Positions 57,968 through 64,000 of a stretch of 64,000 nt of DNA are shown here, one piece after another. The position numbers and the translations under genes were made by a program. Numbering within the stretch: the first letter of the stretch is position 1; each line of letters begins with the position of its first letter. The DNA comes from a virus (taxonomy: Duplodnaviria; Caudoviricetes). Where the stretch lies: IMG/VR virus record IMGVR_UViG_2930248008_000005, positions 31,390 to 95,389 of that record; one strand, written 5' to 3'. Below the pieces are notes generated by a model. That model saw nothing but the letters and a program-made list of their open reading frames with translations, made no database searches and was not told where the DNA came from.

Positions 57968-58618
57968 GTGTCCACCACCGAAACCGCGCTGACCGCGGAC
58001 GAAGTCAAGGCCGCCGTCGCCGAGTGGCGCAAGGCGCACCCGGACGGAGTGCCGGTCCTGCACTGGCTGGGCGGCGACCGCGAGGACGAGCCCGAGATCG
58101 ACTTCGCGTACAGGCCCGAGGCGGGAAGTGAGCCGACGGTGATGCTGTACGGCGCCTTCCGGCCGGTGCCGATGGCCCACGTCGAGCCCCACCCACTGGC
58201 GTCCGAGGTGGCCGCGCTGTCGAAGCCGGAGGAGCGCGAGCTGGAATTTCCGTACCCGCCGTGCCCGTTCTGCCGGGTCGACACGTATCACAACGGCGAC
58301 AACTTCCAGTGCGGCTACTGCAGCGCGATCTTCGACAGCCACAGCAACCTGTCCACCCGCCGATGCGTGGAGGACTGCGGTGAGGACGCCACCGTCGTCG
58401 GCTCCGACAAGCAGCCACGATGCGTCACCTGCGAGGTGCGGGTGCGCGCCGGCGAGCTACGCGCCAACGAGCCGTACCCGTGCACACGGTGCAAGAGCGA
58501 GGTTGTTGGCATCCCCGTCCGCATGGAGCCGCACAAGCGCAAGCTCTGCCCCGGGTGCCTGGAGCGGGAGCTGCACCAGGAGCAGGTCGCCGAGATCCTC
58601 GCCCGCCGCAGCAGCTGA
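57968..58618 (+). CDS. Multi-CxxC zinc-finger protein
   Basis: Five or six CxxC pairs; follows the last type B repeat. Confidence 0.7.
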   Translation: MSTTETALTADEVKAAVAEWRKAHPDGVPVLHWLGGDREDEPEIDFAYRPEAGSEPTVMLYGAFRPVPMAHVEPHPLASEVAALSKPEERELEFPYPPCPFCRVDTYHNGDNFQCGYCSAIFDSHSNLSTRRCVEDCGEDATVVGSDKQPRCVTCEVRVRAGELRANEPYPCTRCKSEVVGIPVRMEPHKRKLCPGCLERELHQEQVAEILARRSS

Positions 58619-58670
58619 TCTAGCCGACGCCCGCTGGGTCCGTGGCCTCAGCCACGAGCCCGGCGGGCAT

Positions 58671-58698
58671 CCTCGTCTACCCATTGGATGTATTAAAT
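58671..58698 (+). promoter_or_regulatory. Third copy of the TTGGATGTATTAAAT motif
   Basis: CCTCGTCTACCCATTGGATGTATTAAAT, preceded by a hairpin at ~58627-58669. Confidence 0.6.
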
Positions 58699-58805
58699 GA
58701 TGCCAAGGTGGTGACCCGCCGAATTGCCGCACCTTCGGCCGCCGGCTTGCCTGTGGGATGGCCTCCGCCTGGCCGCGAGCTGGGCACCATCCCCAAGGAG
58801 AGCGC

Positions 58806-59573
58806 ATGCACGCCGCCCAGCCGCAGGTCAAGCTCATCGCCTGGACCAGCTTCGCCCCGCCGGACAACGTCCCGTGGAACCCCGACTTCAACGCCTACGG
58901 GGGCGCATCTGGGGGCCAGTCTCTCGCGGAGTTCGCCGGCCGCGCCTGCTACCAGAGCTGGAGCCGACCGAACCCGGCCACGGCCACCAACGCCGGCTAC
59001 CTCGCGCACATCCTGGAGGTCGGACACCTCTCGGTGCTGGAGCACGCCTCGGCCAGCTTCTACTTCACCGGCGTCTCCCGCTCGTTCACCCACGAGTTGA
59101 TCCGCCATCGGCACTTCTCGTACTCCCAACTGTCCCAGCGGTACGTCCGGGAGCGCGACGCCGCCATGGTTGAGCCCGGCGTCATCGCCTCCGACCCCTA
59201 CCTGCACCGCCGGTTCACCGAAGCCACCGACGCCGCCGTGGCCGCCTATAACGAGCTGCTGCACGGCCTGGAGCGCAAGTTCGCCGACGTGGAGAACGCC
59301 ACGCTGCGGCGCAAGCAGGCCCGCCAGGCGGCCCGCGCCGTCCTGCCCAACGCCACCGAGACGCGGATCGTGGTCACCGGCAACTACCGGGCCTGGCGGC
59401 ACTTCATCGCCATGCGCGCCACGGAGCACGCCGACGTCGAGATCCGCGAGCTGGCGGTGGAGTGCCTGCGTCAGCTCCAGGAGATCGCTCCGAACGTCTT
59501 CGGCGACTTCACCATCAGCCGACTGTCCGACGGCACGGAGGTCGCCGCAACCCCACATGCAGAGCAGCACTGA
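58806..59573 (+). CDS. thyX: FAD-dependent thymidylate synthase
   Basis: [32 protein letters not shown] and [11 protein letters not shown]. Confidence 0.97.
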   Translation: MHAAQPQVKLIAWTSFAPPDNVPWNPDFNAYGGASGGQSLAEFAGRACYQSWSRPNPATATNAGYLAHILEVGHLSVLEHASASFYFTGVSRSFTHELIRHRHFSYSQLSQRYVRERDAAMVEPGVIASDPYLHRRFTEATDAAVAAYNELLHGLERKFADVENATLRRKQARQAARAVLPNATETRIVVTGNYRAWRHFIAMRATEHADVEIRELAVECLRQLQEIAPNVFGDFTISRLSDGTEVAATPHAEQH

Positions 59574-59938
59574 TGCCCGAGCACATTGAGCAGCCCCTGC
59601 CGACGCCGAACGGCGGACGCTCGATCCAGTCGATGGTGCGCGCCGACCTGCTCGACGCGATCCCGCCGGTGGCCGCCGACGTCAGCGCCGACCTGCTCGA
59701 CCGCGAGCAGTTGGGCATCGAGCGCTACGGCACCTACCTGCAGGCCAACAACGGTCGCGACGCCCTGCGCGACGCCTACGAGGAATGCCTCGACCTGGCC
59801 GTCTACCTCAAGCAAGCCATCGTCGAAGGCCACGACCTGGTAATCGCGTACTACGCGACGCTGACCATGGCCATGCACATCAAGGAGAACATGCTGGCCC
59901 GCGACGCCGCGAAGGGAACCGGCGATGCTGCTGTCTGA
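59573..59938 (+). CDS. Conserved phage protein (MazG-like helical motif)
   Basis: R..LG.ERYGT.LQ.NNGRDALRDAYEE.LDL.VYL. Confidence 0.7.
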   Translation: MPEHIEQPLPTPNGGRSIQSMVRADLLDAIPPVAADVSADLLDREQLGIERYGTYLQANNGRDALRDAYEECLDLAVYLKQAIVEGHDLVIAYYATLTMAMHIKENMLARDAAKGTGDAAV

Positions 59939-60518
59939 CCGGGACCTGCGCCAGGCCATCGCCGAGCAGCGGCTGGCCATCGACCCGTTCGAGCCCGAGC
60001 TGATCCAGCCAGCCAGCATCGACCTTCGCCTCGACCGCGACCTGCTGCTCTGGCCGAAAATCCAGCCCGACGAGCCTTACCCGGTGGTCGATCCGGCATG
60101 TGAGCCGAAGATGCTGCCCTTCAAGATCCCCGAGGGCTGGTCCTTCCGGCTGGAGCCCGGCCAGTCGGTGCTCGCCTGCACCGTCGAGACCGTCACCCTC
60201 GACCACAGCCTCGCCGGCCGATTCGAGGGCAAGAGCAGCATCGGCCGCCTCAGCCTGGCCACCCACATCACCGCCGGGTTCATCGACCCCGGCTTCTCCG
60301 GCCAGATCACCCTGGAGCTGGTCAATCACAATCCCCGCCCCATCCTGCTGCACCCCGGCATGCTCATTGGCCAGCTGTGCGTCCTGCCGATGTTCACCCC
60401 CGCCGAGCACCCCTACGGCTCCGCGGCGGCCGGCTCGCGCTACAACGGCCAGCGCGGCCCCACCCCGAGCCGATCGTGGCGCAACTGGCGCGTCTGGCCC
60501 ACCCAGGAGGCGGCGTGA
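59925..60518 (+). CDS. dcd: dCTP deaminase
   Basis: LLSDRD, IQPASIDLRL, EGKSSIGR, TAGFIDPGF.GQITLE and IGQL. Confidence 0.95.
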   Translation: MLLSDRDLRQAIAEQRLAIDPFEPELIQPASIDLRLDRDLLLWPKIQPDEPYPVVDPACEPKMLPFKIPEGWSFRLEPGQSVLACTVETVTLDHSLAGRFEGKSSIGRLSLATHITAGFIDPGFSGQITLELVNHNPRPILLHPGMLIGQLCVLPMFTPAEHPYGSAAAGSRYNGQRGPTPSRSWRNWRVWPTQEAA

Positions 60519-61002
60519 GCTGGCTGAGCGAGCGAGCCTACGAGCCGGTCGTCCTCGACCAACTGCGCGTCGGCATCCGGTCGGATCTCGGCGCGTTCGC
60601 CGCGGACCGGCTGGAGATCCGCCGGCGGCTCGACGAGATGGTCTACGACCTCACGACCTACGTCCTGGCCCGGCAACTGCCCGACGAGCGGGTCACCGAG
60701 CGCCGCCGCGAGCAGATCGAGAGACGGCACGGTTCGCCACCTGGTGGGACCACTTCAAGGCCACCTACCGGGGTCGGTGGTGGATGCGGTGGCGCCGCTG
60801 GCCGGTCCGGCAGCTCGTCGACACCCACGAGATCGAAGCCGTCGCCGTGGTCGACCTGACCCGCCACTGGACCTTCCCTCGCGCCGACATCGCCGCCCCC
60901 GAGCTGGGCGACCCGGTGCCCGCGATGACGTACCTGATGGCTCGGGACGTGCCGCCCTCACCGCGGGTAACGCGTGCGGCCCCTGACCGCACGGAGCGTT
61001 AG
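60515..61002 (+). pseudogene. Frameshifted hypothetical gene
   Basis: Natural-looking protein switches frame at the GAGAGA run near 60718-60724. Confidence 0.55.
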
Positions 61003-61012
61003 GCTGTCTGCC

Positions 61013-61825
61013 GTGACCTGGACCGGCGAAGGCATTACGAACCCGCACCTGTGCGACGTGTGCGACGTGATTGTTGTGCCCGCCGGCGACGGCTGGGAAC
61101 ACCCCGAGGAACTGCGGGAGAAGTTCTCCCAGACCATCTGCAACGAGCCCGGCCCCGGCCGGCCGCCGAAGCCCCGCGAACTGGCCTACGGCCGCGGCCG
61201 GCAGGTCTCCCGCGACAAGCAGGCCATCCAGGGCCAGATCCCCGGCTTCGAGATCGCCGAGGACGTGCCGATCGTCGTCGGCTGCAACGGCTCCCACAAG
61301 CACAACCCCGCCGGACCGCCCTGGTACCCGATCAGCTGGGGCTACGTCGCCGAGAACGGCCAGTACGGACTCGGCACCGCCACCCAGCCCAAGGCCGTCG
61401 TCGGCGACCGCGCGTTCGGCTCCGAGCTGCGCGCCATCTTCTGGGCCCTGGAGCAGCTGCCCAACGCCAACCCCGTCTCCGTGATCACCAACTCGCAGGA
61501 CGCCGTCGCCCTGATCGAGCAGTGGCGCGCCGCCGGCCAGACGCCCGGCTGGACCGCCGAGAACCTGCCGATGCCCCCCGGCTACACCACCGAACGCGCC
61601 AGCGGCAACGAAGCGAAGATCCTGCGCCTGGCCAAGCAGTTCGCCGAGGCCCCTGACCTGCTCACCGCCACCTGGCACCGCGCCAGCGAACACCCCCTGC
61701 AGGACGCCGCAGACAAGCTCGCGAAGATCGCCCGGCTCTGGGCAATCCGCGAAATCACCAAGGAGCAGGCAGAGGTGGCCGCCGAGCGCGCCGCCCGGCA
61801 CGTCCTCACCCGCGCCAGCCAGTAA
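61013..61825 (+). CDS. RNase H-like domain protein
   Basis: VVGCNGS...WGYV...SELRAI..AL...VITNSQDA...HPL..AAD.LA; Asn in place of two catalytic Asp. Confidence 0.65.
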   Translation: MTWTGEGITNPHLCDVCDVIVVPAGDGWEHPEELREKFSQTICNEPGPGRPPKPRELAYGRGRQVSRDKQAIQGQIPGFEIAEDVPIVVGCNGSHKHNPAGPPWYPISWGYVAENGQYGLGTATQPKAVVGDRAFGSELRAIFWALEQLPNANPVSVITNSQDAVALIEQWRAAGQTPGWTAENLPMPPGYTTERASGNEAKILRLAKQFAEAPDLLTATWHRASEHPLQDAADKLAKIARLWAIREITKEQAEVAAERAARHVLTRASQ

Positions 61826-61970
61826 GCCAGGTCAAACCGCCAAAGCGGGTAGGCACCACCGGGTTCGATGTCGTATCGTGACGCACGAAGTGATCTTCCG
61901 GTTACAAAACCGAAGACTCTGCACTGGCCCACGTTGCCGACGGACCTACCCCCGCCCGGAGGTGATCGCC

Positions 61971-62921
61971 GTGACCGCACGCCTTGCCCGAACCGCGCTG
62001 CGACTCGGCCTCGCCGGAGCGGGCGCCATTCTCGGCTTCGCCCTCATGGCCGCCGCCGACGACCCGGCCTACGCCAACGACCAGCCCCCGCGCGCCCTGC
62101 CCGCCCCGACTGTCAAGCCACCCAAGGGCTTTGCAAGTCAGGCGCCAGAGGCCGTGAAGCCCCAAGGGCCGGACCGACGAGCCAACAACGGCAAGCCCCG
62201 CGCCACGCAGGAAAACCCGGTCGAGCACCTGACCACTGAGGTCACCCGCCCGATCCGACACGCGCTGCAAGAGACGCAGCGCGCCACCGAGCCCGTCACG
62301 CAGCTTGTCGGCGAGGTGCTCGACGCCGCACCCGAGCCGGTCCGCACTCCGCTGACCGCCATTCGAACGCCGGTCGCCACCACCGTCGACACCGTTGGCG
62401 AAGACGTCGGAACGATCTCCCCGGCACTCGGCGACACCGTCGACGACGCGACGGCGCCGCTGGCTCCCATCCTCGGCACGCCGAGCCCTGACGACCAGCC
62501 ACTTCTGCCGCTGCCACTTGAGCTGATCGAAACCGAAGAGCCAGCGGCGCCCACACCAGGAGCCACCTCATCGCCGAGCGCCGGGGCCCCGACACCCGAA
62601 CCGGCAAGCATGCCCACCGGCACCTACGCCGAAAGCAGGCCGACGACAGAGGGCCCCAGGGCCGACTCGGGAGGCGCTCAGCGCATATCCGAGCCCGCCG
62701 GTGATTCCCGCGAACCCGCTGACGCCTCTGGCGAGCTACCGGACCCGACGGGCCAACCCGCGCCCCTGAGCCAGGCCGCGCAGCACAACTGCTTGGACAG
62801 CAGTCCGGCCGCGCTTCCTACGCAGCCCACCCTGCCCGTCCTGCACGGCACCATCGCTCCCGCCAGTGAGCCGCACCGGCCTGCCGGCCGCGCACCGAAA
62901 CCGACCCCCGGCCCCGCGTAG
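61971..62921 (+). CDS. Secreted Pro/Thr-rich protein
   Basis: GGAGGTG RBS, signal-peptide-like N-terminus, low complexity. Confidence 0.6.
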   Translation: MTARLARTALRLGLAGAGAILGFALMAAADDPAYANDQPPRALPAPTVKPPKGFASQAPEAVKPQGPDRRANNGKPRATQENPVEHLTTEVTRPIRHALQETQRATEPVTQLVGEVLDAAPEPVRTPLTAIRTPVATTVDTVGEDVGTISPALGDTVDDATAPLAPILGTPSPDDQPLLPLPLELIETEEPAAPTPGATSSPSAGAPTPEPASMPTGTYAESRPTTEGPRADSGGAQRISEPAGDSREPADASGELPDPTGQPAPLSQAAQHNCLDSSPAALPTQPTLPVLHGTIAPASEPHRPAGRAPKPTPGPA

Positions 62922-63012
62922 CAGGGAACGACGCCGCAGCCGCCGGCTCGGGCAGCAGCCCGACGCCGCCAGGCCGTTTCCCTGAACTTCAGCGCGATCG
63001 GAGCACATCCCC

Positions 63013-63384
63013 ATGAAGAGCATCACCCGCACCATGGCCTTCACTGGCTCCGTCCTGGACATCGGCGCCGGAATGTGGTTCGCCGTCATGGCCAAGGACG
63101 TTCTCGTAGACGGCGCAGAACTGACAACGGGCCACCTGATGGTGACCGTCGGCGTGGCCACCCTCGCAGTCATCGGCGGAGCCCTGCTCGTGGGCGCCAT
63201 CATCATCACCGCCATCGAATCCGCCGTAGAACGCTCCTGCTTCGACTACGCCGACGGCGTACTGCACGGCGTGCACGAAGCCATCGAAGCCGGCCTCGGG
63301 CAGCTCCTCCACGCGCTGCCTCCCCCCAGGGACAACGTGCGCCCCCTCCGGCCTCACCCTTCGGGGCACCGCTTCCGTCCGTAA
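63013..63384 (+). CDS. Membrane protein
   Basis: GGAG RBS; TM segments. Confidence 0.6.
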   Translation: MKSITRTMAFTGSVLDIGAGMWFAVMAKDVLVDGAELTTGHLMVTVGVATLAVIGGALLVGAIIITAIESAVERSCFDYADGVLHGVHEAIEAGLGQLLHALPPPRDNVRPLRPHPSGHRFRP

Positions 63385-63518
63385 GTTCGCACGCCGCAGG
63401 CCGGGCCCCAGCCAAGAGCTGGGGACCCGGCTCGGACGCAAGGCCAGGCCGCCCTCAGACCCTTGGGCAGCCTCGCCTCGATCGACTTGGGCGCACACAA
63501 CGCGCCCTGGCAGGATAT

Positions 63519-63534
63519 TCGAACATATGATCGA
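63519..63534. promoter_or_regulatory. Putative LexA (SOS) box
   Basis: TCGAAC-ATAT-GATCGA, one mismatch from the actinobacterial consensus TCGAAC-N4-GTTCGA. Confidence 0.55.
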
Positions 63535-63616
63535 CTGGTGCGGCCCGGTCGGAGGGAAGCTCAGCAGCCACGACGTCCGCCGGTCAGCCAGCGACAAGCA
63601 CAGAACGGAGCACCAC

Positions 63617-64000
63617 ATGATCAAGGCCGGGAAGGCGCAGGCCGCCGCGTGGGCTTTTCGGATCGACCTCCGCAGGATTGGCATCTGGATCGGCTGGATG
63701 TTGTTCTCGATCTCGCTACTGTCGGTCGTGGTCATCTACGCCGTGGCCCTGAGCAACCCCGAGTGGAAGGCGAGCATCGCAACCAGCCTGACGATCGCCC
63801 TGGTCGTCGGCCTTGGTGTCAGTGCCGTGATCATCTGGGGCTTCACCCTGTCGATCCGGGCCATCGCCCGGACCATCGACGCGTACCAGCAGGGCGTTCA
63901 GGACGCCGTCGCGCGCCTGGCTGACGCGATCCCGCCGGCTAGTGATTCACGTCACACGAGCACCCGGCGCCAGCGTGGGCACCTGCGCAGCATGACCTAG
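63617..64000 (+). CDS. Two-TM membrane protein
   Basis: GGAG RBS; two TM segments. Confidence 0.6.
   Translation: MIKAGKAQAAAWAFRIDLRRIGIWIGWMLFSISLLSVVVIYAVALSNPEWKASIATSLTIALVVGLGVSAVIIWGFTLSIRAIARTIDAYQQGVQDAVARLADAIPPASDSRHTSTRRQRGHLRSMT

Overview
High-GC actinobacterial temperate phage or phage-plasmid segment with two divergent arms. Left arm (1-9.4 kb, minus strand): head/packaging module with scaffold, head fibre, MuF-like protein, portal, large and small terminase, an Ntn-hydrolase protease, HNH and an HTH protein. A G/C-tract region at ~9.5 kb resembles a cos end. A non-coding control region follows (9.9-11.35 kb): 3-4 tandem 91-bp TTGACA promoter units, an rrn-leader-like boxA motif and ~900 nt of densely base-paired sequence with no credible ORF (candidate large ncRNA). 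Right arm (11.4-58.6 kb, plus strand): about 90 mostly short genes, most of them separated by one of two families of conserved 65-90 nt structured repeats (~39 type A and ~31 type B by manual count). Each repeat starts at the upstream stop codon and ends in the next RBS, giving a cassette-like gene array. The array includes GNAT, DUF262-like, ArdA-like, DUF932, TopoVI-A/TOPRIM-like and lipoprotein genes, plus an AICE/plasmid-type GntR-Spd-TraB conjugation module. thyX, dcd and an RNase H-like gene follow. No integrase is visible. All calls come from visual motif recognition, not database searches.
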